Shown piece by piece: positions 12,613 through 25,280 of a stretch of 64,000 bases of DNA. Position numbers and translations under genes: made by a program. Each line of letters opens with the position of its first letter. Within the stretch, counting starts at the first letter, position 1. The notes beneath the pieces were generated by a model, which did no database searches, had not been told where the DNA came from, and worked only from the letters and a program-made list of their open reading frames with translations. The stretch spans positions 370,946,001 to 371,010,000 of the forward strand of contig OZ024743.1 in NCBI GenBank assembly GCA_964016885.1, given 5' to 3'. The DNA comes from Eledone cirrhosa. Lineage: Eukaryota.

Positions 12613-12928
12613 AGGCACATGGCTTAGTGGTTAGAGCATTGGCCTTGCAATCGTAAGGTTGTGAGTTCAATTCTCAGACCGAGTGATGTGTTGTTTCCTT
12701 GAGCAAGACACTTTATTTCACATTGCTCCAGTTTACTCAGCTGTAGAAATGAGATGATAGGGACTAGGGTCCATATCATTCCACTGAAAAGTGGTCGTGG
12801 AGGTGCCACGGCAAAAAAGCACCCAGCACTCACTGTAAATGAGGTTGGTGTTAGGAAGGGCATCCAGCTGTAGAAATCAAGCCAGAATCAGTTCCCGTCC
12901 CACCCTTGCAAGCAGGAAAAATGATGAT
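12611..12928 (+). mobile_element. tRNA-derived CORE-type SINE with RTE-derived body and tail
   Basis: A box TGGCTTAGTGG, B box GTTCAATTC, CORE-like ccttgagcaagacactt, RTE-derived 3' half. Near-identical copies start at 27059, 30051 and 33042. Confidence 0.9.
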
Positions 12929-13024
12929 ATAGGTGGGGGGGGGGGGATGTGTGTATATATATGGGTGTCTGAGCCTATATACACTGGTCACAGACACACA
13001 CATACACACACACAGACATATATA

Positions 13025-13861
13025 TCATCATCATCATCATCATCGTTTAACGTCCGTGTTCCACGCTTGCATGGGTTTAGACGGGGGTTTTCCCACTTGA
13101 GGCAAGAGTGATTGTCTTGCTCGCATAGGACTGTCTGGCAGGTTTTCTACAGTTGGATGCCCTTCCTAACACCAACCACATTTACAGTGTGGGTCTGGGA
13201 GGTTTTTACCATGTTGCCTACACGGCCACATTACAGCGTGGACTGTGTGTTTTTTTGTCGTGACACCTACACGATCTCATTTGTTTCGGCCTGGATGGTG
13301 TGGCACCAACATAACTTTACATAGAAGGGGGCGGTGTGGATGGGGTGGGGGTGGTGGGACGGGGGTGTATTTTGTTAGAGATGCCTACTGACTGTAGTAG
13401 GTTTTACTTTGTATTTAGGTAAGGCGGGTCTTCTCTATTACTGAGTACCGCCAAAGGTCTCGGTCCAGTGACATTGTCTTGGTGAGGTGTAAGTGTGTGA
13501 GGTCGGAGTTTATCAGCTCGTCCCAGGTTTTTCTGGGTCTGCCTATTCCGTGGCTACCGTCTATCTTTATTGCCCTGCACTTTGTTATACAGCTATCGTC
13601 CTTCATGCGCATCACGTGACCATACCAACGTAGCCTTCTCTCTAGTAAACAACATCTGATCCCTCTTATTTCTAATTTTTTCCTTAGTTCGTTTATGCTT
13701 TGTCGTTCACGTATATTACTATTACACATCCAGCGGAGCATGCAAGCTTCGTTTCTCTCTAGTTTGCGTATATCCTCTGCACACAATGCCCAGGTCTCAC
13801 TGCCATGCAACATTGCTGTTTGTATGCAGGCATCGTACAACCTGCCTTTCATTTTTAGGGA

Positions 13862-13863
<2 letters not shown>
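13025..13863 (-). mobile_element. 5'-truncated RTE subfamily C
   Basis: RT C-terminus in ORF 13415..13978 plus 3' UTR. The 5' end abuts (TA)n. Confidence 0.92.
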
Positions 13864-13901
<38 letters not shown>

Positions 13902-13904
<3 letters not shown>

Positions 13905-14839
13905 AATGTAGGCTTCACATGTAGCAGCTGTGCTAGGACAGCAAGCAGCAAACAGCCACAGGAAACAAGTACCACCAAACTCTGGGAGGGCTCTGTAGAA
14001 ACAGTAGACAGCTTCTGCTACCTAGGTGACCGAATTAGCAGCGGAGGTGGGTGTTCGGAAAGTACAATAACTAGGGTAAGAACGGGAGCTACTACCACAG
14101 CTAGCTGCAAAAGGCTTTTCCCTCAAAATGAAAGGCAGACTGTATGATGCGTGTATACGAACAGCAATGTTACATGGTAGTGAGACCTGGGCGCTGAATG
14201 TGGAAGACTTGCGTAGATTAGAAAGAAACGAAGCCTGCATGCTCCGATGGATGTGTAATAGTATTATACGCGAACGGCAAAGCATAAATGAATTGAGAGA
14301 GAGACTAAGCATAAGAGGAATCAAATGCTGTGTGCAGGAGAGGTGGTTGCGTTTGTATGGACCTGTGATGCGTATGAAGGATGACACCTGCATAAAAAGG
14401 TGCAGAGCACTAGAAGTCGATGGAAACCATGGAGTAGGGAGACACAAGAAGACTTGGGATGAGGTGATAAAAGCCGACCTTACCCAATTACACCTCTCAA
14501 AGACGATGACACACAACCGTGATCTTTGGCGTCACGCAATAATACAGAAGACCAGACCCCACAGGTACAAGCCAAAGCTGAAGCATGGTCGTGGAGGTGC
14601 CACAGCAAAAAAGCACCCACCCTACACTGTAAAGTGAACGTGTAGGCTCCACGGAAAAGAAGCACCCAGCACTCACTGTAAATGAGGTTGGTGTTAGGAA
14701 GGGCATCCAGCTGTAGAAATGAAGCCAGAATCAGTTCCCGTATGAGCAAGGCATTGCCAGCCGACCGGACACTGCCCACAACAGGACAACTCGTCTAACC
14801 CATGCTAGCATGGAAGAACGGACGTAAAACGGTGATGAT
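13902..14839 (+). mobile_element. 5'-truncated RTE subfamily B
   Basis: Starts within the PHD insert (NVGFTCSSC). ORF 14128..14637. Two-unit 3' UTR and ccatgctagcatgg tail, homologous to 35497..36490. Confidence 0.92.
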
Positions 14840-15848
14840 ATATATACACACACACACATATATATATATATACACACACACACTTAGAAACCCTTGAAAT
14901 ATTTGTTACACACATCCTGTCTTAACACAAGTTATATGATACATATGACTTAATATTCAGTCACCAAATTCGAGCTAGATACAGTAATGCTGTATTCGAT
15001 TCTTTGAAGTCAATTGTTATAATTTCATTCAACAACATCACCATCTCTCTCTCTTCCATTTTCCTTCTCTCTCTCTCGCTCTCTCTTTCAATCTACTCTC
15101 CCACAACCACTATCTCTTTCTCTCTATCTTTCTCTCGCTCTATTTATGAAGGTTCCCGGGAAAAAACTCATATCTCAGAAACCTGTGCTCCGATTTACGC
15201 GAAACTTGTTTTGTTGCATCTGCATTCCCATTTCGAGGGAAACTTCCTTTCAAAGTATTTTTCCATTATGCACCATTTTGGCTTCATTAAATTACAGACA
15301 ACCACACAATCACAGAGTTTTAGTAGTATACATATATATATATATACACAGCGTATGTGATTCAGTGAATTACCGGTGGTGGTACCAAAACAAGCACTTG
15401 ATACACAGACAGAACATATATATTAAGAAAAACGATGAAGTTTTGTTTACATGTATTTAGTTTTATATTGTGTATTGACCTGTTGTGCGTATTTCGCAGA
15501 GCATTGGCTCAATGTCACACAAAGAAGTTATGGACCTGACTCCATTATTGATCTGCTCTTCAGTCTGGTAATTCAAGAAAGAATACAGTAACTTCTTTGG
15601 GTGACCTTGAGCCAATCTTCTATTAAACGAACGTACAGGTCGATAATATAACATATCAGATCTCATACCTGACTGAGCACTGTTTTCCTTTTTCCTTTTT
15701 CACACCTACGGATATTTATGATATACATATATTGCTCCTACATAGAATTTATTGCACAGACCTTCAGAAAATTATTTCAACTGACTCGCATTAATCTGCC
15801 CGTTTTGTTGAGCACTCTTTGGACATAAGGATTTATTCATCACTACTA

Positions 15849-16737
15849 CAGGGTGCGGACGATATCTGTTCGCAAGATTACTGTCTAGGAAAAAATAACA
15901 CAGTAGTTTTATTTTTTAAGATTTATTTATCAAACTTGGGTCAGTTTGTCTTCATGACTTGTTCTTTCGATCTCACTCGATAGACCCGCCATTGGCTTTG
16001 ATGACGGCCTTGGAACCGGCTACAGGCCTTCGTCACTGTCCCCCGACTTAGGCCCCTAAAGGCACTTGTGATCCTGGCCTTTAGATCGTCTTTCGTATTG
16101 CAACTAGATCTGTTGGTGTCTCGTTCCACTGCGCCCCACACAAAGAAGTCGAGGGGGTTGCAGTCAGGTGAGCTGGGAGGCCAGATGTCAGGTGAAATGT
16201 GGTCGACGAAGTTCTCTGACAGCCAGGCTTGGGTCTTTCGGCTGGTATGGCAGGGCACTGAGTCTTGCTGCCACACATACGGCCTACCTGCAGCTACCTG
16301 GTCGATCCAGGGCTTTATTACCTCGCTCAGAACGCGGATGTAGCCATCGGTGTTCAGTTTGAGGCCCTCAGGGAAGAAGTGAGGTGGCATGACGCCACCT
16401 TGACTGCTGACAACACCTAACACCAATGTCGTCGCTGGAAACTTTGTCTGCATGACTCTGGGCACGTCTTTGGATGAGACAGCGAGCCACCTGTTGTTCT
16501 GGGAGTTGATCTTTTGATCTTCTGGTCTTATTTGTCCTCCCGGCGTGGATTCCAAGAAGAACTCTGTGTCTCTTCCACAAATTTGGAAGTTCAAAATTAT
16601 TCATAATCAATTATTCTGAAAATAAATAATGGAAATATAGTCACTGTTTTTATGAAGACAAGAGTGACAACGGAAGTAAAAAAAATTTGCATAAAATTAG
16701 CAGTTGAAAATTGCGAACAAATATCGTCCGCACCCTG
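15849..16737 (-). mobile_element. Internally deleted Tc1/mariner-superfamily transposon, DD37D (maT) type
   Basis: 27-bp TIRs (cagggtgcggacgatatctgttcgcaa and ttgcgaacaaatatcgtccgcaccctg) with TA on both sides. ORF 15941..16594 has WQQD-x37-D (SPDCNPLD). The N-terminal HTH is missing. Confidence 0.93.
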
Positions 16738-16879
16738 TATGTAAAATAAGTTATTCTTCCAAAACTTACCACCTCTTCTTACACCAAAATACTTCTTGAT
16801 AAAGAAGATGTTATATGTAGATTGAAATGGAAGGTGAAATGACCACCACTGCCACCGAGAAAATCAACATCAATTCAAT

Positions 16880-17612
16880 TAAGTACCCCCCCCCCCCCAC
16901 ACACACACACACAGTTAAGGTCTTAGCCACATTTGAAGCTGACCTCTTAGATTTAGTCTCCAATATCAAGTTTCATAAGTACCATAATTCCTTCCAACAT
17001 ACACTTGTAAATAACATTAAAAATTTCAAATCAGCTAATGTGTTTGTCTTTTCAAACAAAACAAAAAATTTGTATGAACTAGATGAGGAAAAATATAACA
17101 ACCTTATCCTTAATAACATAAATAAATACCAGACGGCCAAGCTTAATATCTATATATAGGATTAATAATGAGGCTAAAGATATTGCCACAAATTTTAAAA
17201 TAGAGTAGAACACTTAGCTAAGCATGATGCCTTCATTACCTTGAAGGATCACAAACTTGATTTCACAAACAGGTCCTGTTCTTAGAGGGGATTTCTGTAA
17301 ACCAGGATATAACAGATATATTATTCCACAATGCGATATTGGTGTTTTTTAATAATATAAATGTTGATGTCTCTTAAAAAATGTTTACTAGCTAGTCCTA
17401 ACTCTGTCCTTGCAGGATTTATTGATCTACAGCTAGGCCTGTTTATGAAATCACGTTTGTGATTCTTCAGGGTAATGATGGTATCACATTTAACTAAGTG
17501 TTCTACTATTTTAAAATTTGTGGCAATATCTTTAACCTCATCAATAATCTTGTTATAGATATTGAGTTTGGCTTTCTGGTATTTATTTGTTATGCTATTA
17601 AGTATAAGTGAA
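16880..17612. mobile_element. Two old PLE RT N-terminal fragments in inverted orientation
   Basis: Plus strand: FEADLLDLV..SNKTKNLY. Minus strand: ITLKNHK..PSCRSINPARTELG, related to PSIRLICPSTSDIG of the 11044 ORF. 17100-17275 is the reverse complement of 17435-17610. Confidence 0.75.
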
Positions 17613-18164
17613 AAATTCAGAATATTACAAGGTCTGTTGTCTCTGGACAATAATTATTTGAACTTAAAGAAGAAAACTTTTTAGAGGATGCCTTCATCTT
17701 AACAGCCAACTCCATCTTAAGTGGAAATACTCAACAAATTCAATTGATTTTCAACCACTTTAATTTGATTTATATACTTTCTTAATATATTTTCTTTTTC
17801 CAGACTTACATAATACAGTACACCTTCTAAACTACTCTACCCCATACCTTAATAAATATTACCATCTCTGTATTACATACCACCACATAATACCATACAT
17901 CTGCTATAGTGCACAGATACTAACACAAGTACACATGCTTTGCTATTTCAAATTTACATCTTTGAGTTATTTCCATTTGTTACATTATATTTTTGTAACA
18001 AGCATTTTAATATTCTATACTTTTAATGGTTTCTTCCATTTGAAGATTTGGTCACAAATTTGCTCCCTCTTACAATCTCGAGATATGGTCAATATTGGGC
18101 AATGAAACCTTAGGTAGCGCTTTTCTTCTGTGTACAAACATAAATAAATAATATGTATATAAAT

Positions 18165-18908
18165 AGGTAGAGGGATACCAAGTAAGCTAACAGGAAGGGA
18201 AGACTTTGTTTGTAGAGGATGCACAGGGGTAACCAAGAGGAAGATAACCAGTAATGTAAACCTATTCCCGTCACAGGAAGGACCCATAGAAGTGGTGGAT
18301 AGTTTCTACTATCTAGGTAACATAATTGCAATGGCAGGGGTTGCTCTGAGAGCACAATAGTTAGAATAAGGATAGGATGGAAAAAGTTCAGAGAGCTACT
18401 CCCACTGTTGATCACAAAAGGTTTCTCCCTATGTGCAAAAAGACAACTGTATGACACCTGTGTGCGAAATGCAATGCTGCATGGTAGTGAAACATGGGCT
18501 GTTACTGCGGAGGACATGCATAGACAAGAGAGAAATGAAGCAACCATGCTCTGTTGGATGTGCAATGTATGTGTGAGAGAAAGGCAGAGCTTGGGTGAGT
18601 TGGAGAAGCTGGGTTTAAGAGGAATTCGATGTGGTATGCAGGAGAAAAGACTGCATTGTTATGGACATGTGATGCACATGGACAATGATTGTTGGGTGAA
18701 GAAGTGCCAGGAAATGCCAGTGGAAGGAAGTCGTGGTAGAGGTAGACCAAGAAAGACCTGGGCAGAGGTTGTGAGAGCTAACCTCAAATCACTGAGACTC
18801 ACAGAGGTGATGACTAAGGATCACAACATGTGGAGAGATGTTTTGCTGAGAAGGAACCATCCAACCCATACAAGCATGGAAAAGTGAACGTAAAAATGAT
18901 GATGATGA
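18165..18908 (+). mobile_element. 5'-truncated RTE, subfamily A-related
   Basis: ORF 18408..18887 resembles ORF 512..877. Short tail with (GAT)n. Confidence 0.9.
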
Positions 18909-19593
18909 TATAAATGTGTGTGCGTGCACGCGTGTCCATGTCCATGTATAAGTACAATGAAATTAATTTGATGAGCAAGTATTCTAAACAATCCTTTCAT
19001 TAAAACCTACTGGATTGAAAGAGATTAGCTTGTCAGTACCAATTATACACATGCAAATCAACCAATTCAACCATACTCTCACACACATGCATATGTACAC
19101 AATTAACTATCCCTGGTTCTATGATACAAAGTAGTTTGTTTTAAGATGTATATATTTATATAAAAACCTTCCATCATAATTCTATGTTATATTTGCTAAG
19201 TTATGCTCTAAACTCCCGTTTAATAATGGGAAAGTTAACTCTATTAACTAAATCCATTCAAATTCTTGATTATTTTCAAAATTATTTCGAAATCATAAAC
19301 AGTCTTTGATTAAAAATATGGTTAATGAAAGAAACAAAATAATGTTACATTTCAACAGTGAGTAATTGTTTTGTCAGAAGAAAAATGGCAATGACCATAA
19401 CCCTTATTAAGCTTCCAGGACTGGTGAGGGTAGGGAGTTATTGTCAATCTGACCTGACTTGAATGCTACTATTTTTATCAAGCTTTAAATTCTATTTCTC
19501 TAGAATTTAAACAATTTTGAGACTTGATATACCAGTATAAATCTTTTTTTTGTTTTCAAATTTTAAATAGTATTTCAATCATCCCTGCTTTAA

Positions 19594-19795
19594 CCCTTTA
19601 GCATTTACATTACTCTAAATTTACTATCATATTTTCATGGTAAAGGCTTTACCTCACATAATATTGAATCTATGAGATTTTGATATTATTCATTTTGAGA
19701 ACAATACCTCATTATGAGTTGCTGGTTACAGCCAGTTTGAACAGAAAGAGGTGAGAGAATTTTGGCCGGATACGGCTGGTTTAAATGCTAAAAGG
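19594..19795. mobile_element. TTAA-flanked MITE (piggyBac-like)
   Basis: ttaa-CCCTTTAGCATT...AATGCTAAAAGG-ttaa. Related copies at 24784..24998 and 48530..48740. Confidence 0.8.
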
Positions 19796-20575
19796 TTAAT
19801 AGTTAAAGAAGGAAATACTTTGTTTTTGTATTTGTTTTGTAAGATTCTTGATGTGAAACTTTGTCTGTTGGAACAGATATTGTTGTATTTTGGAAGGGTC
19901 ATGCTAGCAATCAAAACACATGCACTAGTTAAATTATTAATTTGGTAATTAATCCATCAATCAGTTGGTTGATCATCTAAATAATAAGTTAATAATCTAA
20001 TTACTTGATTAACAATGAAACTGAATTGATTAATTTGATTAACTAACCGATTGATTAATTACCTGATTAATAATAATTTGTGGGAAAAAGAAAATCGATT
20101 ATATCAATCCCAGTGCTTTTCTGATACTAATTTTACCTGATTAACCAACTGATTGATGGATTAATTCGCTGGTTAATAAATAAAATAACTGAAGTGAAAC
20201 ACAACCAGTGTTGTGTTTGGATTGACACTTGACACACCCTAATTACAACAATAGAGATAAATTCTATGCAATTTCCACAAAGAAGTGGATTGGACGACAA
20301 GTTTAAAAAAACTACATACTCTCTGATATATTGAAAACATTTTTAATAAAACAAAATATGAATATATATTGGGACATCTCATAAATAATGCAGTTTTTTA
20401 TACTTCTTTTATTTAAAAAAATTAAGATAAACTGCACTTTTTATTGTCAGAATCAATATACAAACACATGATGACTGGTAGTGTATTACATTGTCATAAC
20501 CAATGGTTGCAATATACAAACACATACACAACCACAAGCTTACATGTTCACAACAAAATAATTAAAAAAAAAACT

Positions 20576-21135
20576 TGTATATACACTCTCCAACACACAT
20601 GTACAACAAACATGTATATACACTCTCCAACAAACATGTATATATACTCGCCAACACAAATGTACAACAAACATGTATAAACACTCTCCAACAAATATGT
20701 ATATACACCCTCCAACACAAATGTACAACAAACATGTATATACACTCTCCAACAAACATGTATATACAATTCGCCAACACAAATGTACAACAAACATGTA
20801 TAAACACTCTCCAACAAATATGTATATACACCCTCCAACAAATATGTATATACACCCTCCAACACAAATGTACAACAAACATGTATATACACTCTCCAAC
20901 AAACATGTATATACAATTCGCCAACACAAATGTACAACAAACATGTATAAACACTCTCCAACAAATATGTATATACACTCTACAACAAACATGTATATAC
21001 ACTCTCCAACAAACATGTATATACAATTCGCCAACACAAATGTACAACAAACATGTATAAACACTCTCCAACAAATATGTATATACACCCTCCAACACAA
21101 ATGTACAACAAACATGTATATATACTCTCCAACAC
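20576..21135. repeat. Compound minisatellite
   Basis: Mixed units of atgtatatacactctccaacaaa(c/t) (~24 bp) and acaaatgtacaacaaac. It produces the spurious repetitive ORFs at 20444..21238. Confidence 0.95.
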
Positions 21136-23453
21136 ATTGGCAGCAGATGCAAGCCAAAATATGGATTGTATGAGCAAGATATGGCTATTCAACCATGTCT
21201 TGAACCATAACAACCTAATCCAACTTATGCCAGTATAGAAAGCGAATGTAAAATGATGATGATTAAATATATAACAGCACCTTTTTTACAAAGATCAATT
21301 TAAAAAAAAACAAAAAAACAATTACTTAATATTGATGCCTATACAGTAATCAACTATAATGATACACAATGTGTGTTTGTATACATATCGCCATCTGTAA
21401 TGCTTTAGAATTTAATCACATATATATGCAATGTGTTTACTATGTAAATGCAAAGATATGTACACAAAAACAGGAATACAAACACTAGACAGATGCATAC
21501 ATATCAAACACACACACATCTATGATGTGGAAGAGGAGGAAAAGCATTGAAAGTCATATGAGTGAGTGTATATGTGCATGAGTGTTTATAAATACATACA
21601 CATACATATCACCCTTAAACATCCATTTTACACACTAGCATGGGTTAGACGGGTTGTCCAGTTGTGAGTTAAGTCAGATCAGATGACCATGTCTTGCTCA
21701 CACAGAACTATTTCTTGCCTGGTTTCTACAGCTGGATGTCCTTCCTAACAGCAACCACATTTACAATGTGGATTGGGTGTCTTTTATAGGGACACCAAAT
21801 TAACCACTTTAAGATGTGGACTGGGTGATTTTTTGCCATGGCACCAACATGACCACTTTACAATGTGGACTGGGCACATTTTGTCATGGCACCAAATTAC
21901 TACTTTACAGTGTGGGCTGAGTGCCTTTTGTTGTGATATTAAAACTTTACAGTGTGAAATTGGCACTTTTGTCATATCACCAACATGACCACTTTACAGG
22001 TTGGGCTGGGAGCTTTTGTTGTGTAACCAACACGCCCATTTTACAAGGTGGGCTGGGTGATTATTATCTTATTATAGTATCAACCTAACCTCTCTACAGG
22101 GCGAAGCAGGCACTTTTTGTCATGCCACTCCACCTTACAGGGGAGATCTGGGTGCTTCCTGTTATGTCCTCAACATGACCACCTCATGGTGATGGGGGAA
22201 CTGGGCACCCATCTGTCATGTCACCAGCATGACTACCCTGCAGGAGGGTTACGTGCTCTTTTGTCATGACACCAACATGAGCACCTTACATGCTGGACAG
22301 AGGGCTTTTGTTGTGTCACCAACAATCCACCTTACAGAGTGGACTGAGAGCTTTCAGCCACCCTAGCAGCATGGTGGGAGAGCGTGTTGAGCTCTTCATA
22401 CTTGTACATATGGCACATCAGATGTGGAAAGTTGGGGTGGGGGTTGGAGAGATACGTCTAGGGAAGGGTGGGGTACTTAACTGGTGAGGGGTGGAGTGAT
22501 TAAGACGTGGGGGAAGTACGAAAGAGGGAGAGGTGGTGTATATTAGAGACCACTAGATGTTACTTCATCCTGTCTACATGCATAAAGCCAGAGATCAGGA
22601 TTCTGTTTCACCACCTGTGAGAGGTGCAATTGTGTGAGGTCAGCTTTTATCCCAAAGCTTCCCTAGGTCTTCCTCTTCCATAAGCTTTCAGCATCCTGCA
22701 CCGTTTTATAGAGCTGTCATCCTTCATATGCATTATATGCCCATACCAACACAATCTCCTCCCCTGCAGACTGCATCTGATCCCTCTTATTCCCAGTTTC
22801 TCTCTCAGTTCATTTACACTTTCCTGTTCATGTATATTACTATTTTACACCCATCAGAGCATACAAGCTTCATTTCTTTCCAATCTTCATAGCTTACCTG
22901 CATACAGTGCCTAGCTCTCACTACCATGTAACATTGCTGTTCGTATACAAGCATCATACAATTTGCCCCTTCATTTTGAGCAAAAAAATCATTCTTACTC
23001 TGGCAACTGTATTTTCAGAACACCCAACTCTACTGCTAATTTGGTCATCCAGGAACAGAAACCATCAACTACTTCTATAAAGCCTTCTGGGCTAGTATCC
23101 TGTGATCTCTTGCTACTTACTGCACCTGTGCATTGATCACATATAAAACCCATGTTCTTTGCTAACCTACCTGAAATCCCTCTACATCTCTTGTGTACCC
23201 ATAGTTTGCATTTGGGACAGAGGATGAAATTTCTACCTACTCCTTTCCTGCACACCGAACAAAGCAATTATGGGCTCTGTTTCCCTTTCTATATAGTAAG
23301 ATTTTAGTCTTTACAATCTTGATTTTCAGACCTTCTGATTCCAGGTTGTGCTTCCAAGTCAGGAATTCTTTCTCTAGTTTTGTCATAGATTCAGCTATGA
23401 AAGTTAGATCATCAGCACACAGGAGTTCCCAAGGGCATCCTGTTTTAAACTCA

Positions 23454-23936
23454 CTAGCAGAAAAACCACCCTTCAGGGGGTTTTCTGCTAGCATGTGTAG
23501 TGTGTATATTGATATTATACGCAGGTATATATACATGTAGATATGATACATCAAATAAAATCGTAATTGACAATATATAATATATAGAAATTGAACGAAG
23601 AATGCGTTACACTGTCTTATTTAATCAGTAACGTAATCCATGAAACATTAAAAAGATGATATTATATATAAACTGCATTATGAGAAAATTAGTGACAGAA
23701 AATTAGTATGTTTATTTAAGCGATGGCCAACCAGAAGTGTTGATATTTCAGAAATTTTAAAGAAGTGAATCTCTAAATAAACAAAATATATTTAATCAAC
23801 AGCCACAAAATTTAGTAGATAAATTATGTAATATTCATTCATTATTTATTCAAAGTAATCCAACTTATTTTACTAATGGGATAAAAAATTATAAACCATT
23901 CGCAGTTCCGCGCTCCTCACTTTATTATAGTTTAGA
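23454..23936 (-). mobile_element. Non-autonomous Helitron inserted in RTE
   Basis: Minus strand: A|TCTAAACTATAATAAA ... hairpin (ctagcagaaaacc..ggtttttctg) CTAG|T. Removing it restores the RTE codons ITNEFKT. Confidence 0.88.
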
Positions 23937-24381
23937 TTTGTTATGACCTGGAGGTTGATAATAAACAGTAGAGGGCTAAAGACAGAGCCCTGATGGACCC
24001 TTACCTGCACACTAAATTCTTCACGATAGTCATTGTTAAATTTAACCTTGCTCACAGCACCTCCATACATGGCTTGTACTTCCTAACAAGCCACTCATCA
24101 ACTAGTTTTCTAAGAGTCCACCAGATAATGGAACAGGGGACTCTGTCAAAGGCTTTTTTCAGGTCAACAAATGCCAAGTAGAGGAGTTTACCTTTAACTA
24201 GGTACTTCTCCTGCAGCTGCCTTACAAGGAAGAGGGCATCAGTGGCACTTTAATATGCCATAAATTCAAACTGCATTTCATCTAGTTTAACTCGATCCCT
24301 AATCAGCTGTGCTATAACTCTTTCTGTGACCTTCATGACCTGGTCAATCAATTTGATACTCTATAGTTTCTCTGTCTAGAG

Positions 24382-25265
24382 CAGTGGTTCTCAACCTTTT
24401 TTTTGCCAACGGCACACCTTGGAACACATGAATAAAATAGTGGCGCACCTGGCTAAATATATATGAAAAATATATGCACATTAATGACGATAACATTTTT
24501 TTTTTCAAAAATATCAAAAAAAAAAGGCTTCTGTTACCATACAATGACTGGTTTTCTGATTCTAAAAATGTAAAAATCATCTTCATAGCTTATTTGGATT
24601 TTCTCAAAAGTACTCTGAAAATTACGCTATTTTAAAACCATTTTCGGTCATATCTCAGCAAAAATTAGGACTAGATGAAAAAGAAATATATCACTTGTCT
24701 CAGTTTTAGAGGTAGATTCTACCATAAAAGTGAAAAAAAGATGCATGATATAATAAATTTTTTTTCTTTCAGGTCCACCTTAACCCTTTAGCATTCACAT
24801 TCCTCTATATATACTATTGTATTTTTGTAGTAAACACTTACATAATTATCCCACATAATATCGAATCTATGAGATTTTGATGTTATTTATTTTGAGAACA
24901 ATACCTTAACATCAGTATAAGCAGCAAATTTCGACTGGTTTGAACAGAAAGAGGTGATACATTTCTAACCGGATATGGCCGGTTTGAATGCTAAAGAGTT
25001 AAAACAAGTATTGACCAATATCCATTCATATGATCAATACTAATGACGAACAAAACAATAAAAGATATAGAATTTTTAGCATTGCGACATTTGGAAACAT
25101 TTCACTCACCCTTCAATGAACAAAGCTATGTGGTGCAACATGTTACACCACAGACTGTGAATACTCAATTGGGATCACGTGGTTTTTTGCATTTTCTTAG
25201 TGCGCTGTTCAAAATTTCGCAGCACACTTAGGAAGATCTCGCAGCACACTGGTTGAGAATCACTG
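24382..25265. mobile_element. hAT (Charlie-type) non-autonomous transposon
   Basis: TIRs cagtggttctcaacc and ggttgagaatcactg. Perfect 8-bp TSD GTCTAGAG at 24374-24381 and 25266-25273. Confidence 0.92.
24784..24998. mobile_element. TTAA-flanked MITE nested in the hAT element
   Basis: ttaa-ccctttagcattca...tgaatgctaaagag-ttaa. Same family as 19594..19795. Confidence 0.82.
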
Positions 25266-25280
25266 GTCTAGAGCATCTCC

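Noticed and set aside
12611-12682. tRNA gene
   Set aside because: A and B boxes are present, but it continues into a SINE body with no proper acceptor stem or terminator and occurs in four copies.
20444-21238. Multiple overlapping Cys/Tyr-rich ORFs
   Set aside because: They are translations of a minisatellite.
21760-22350. CRISPR-like appearance of regularly spaced hairpin repeats
   Set aside because: The intervening sequences are homologous to each other rather than unique spacers. There are no cas genes and the context is a eukaryotic LINE 3' UTR.
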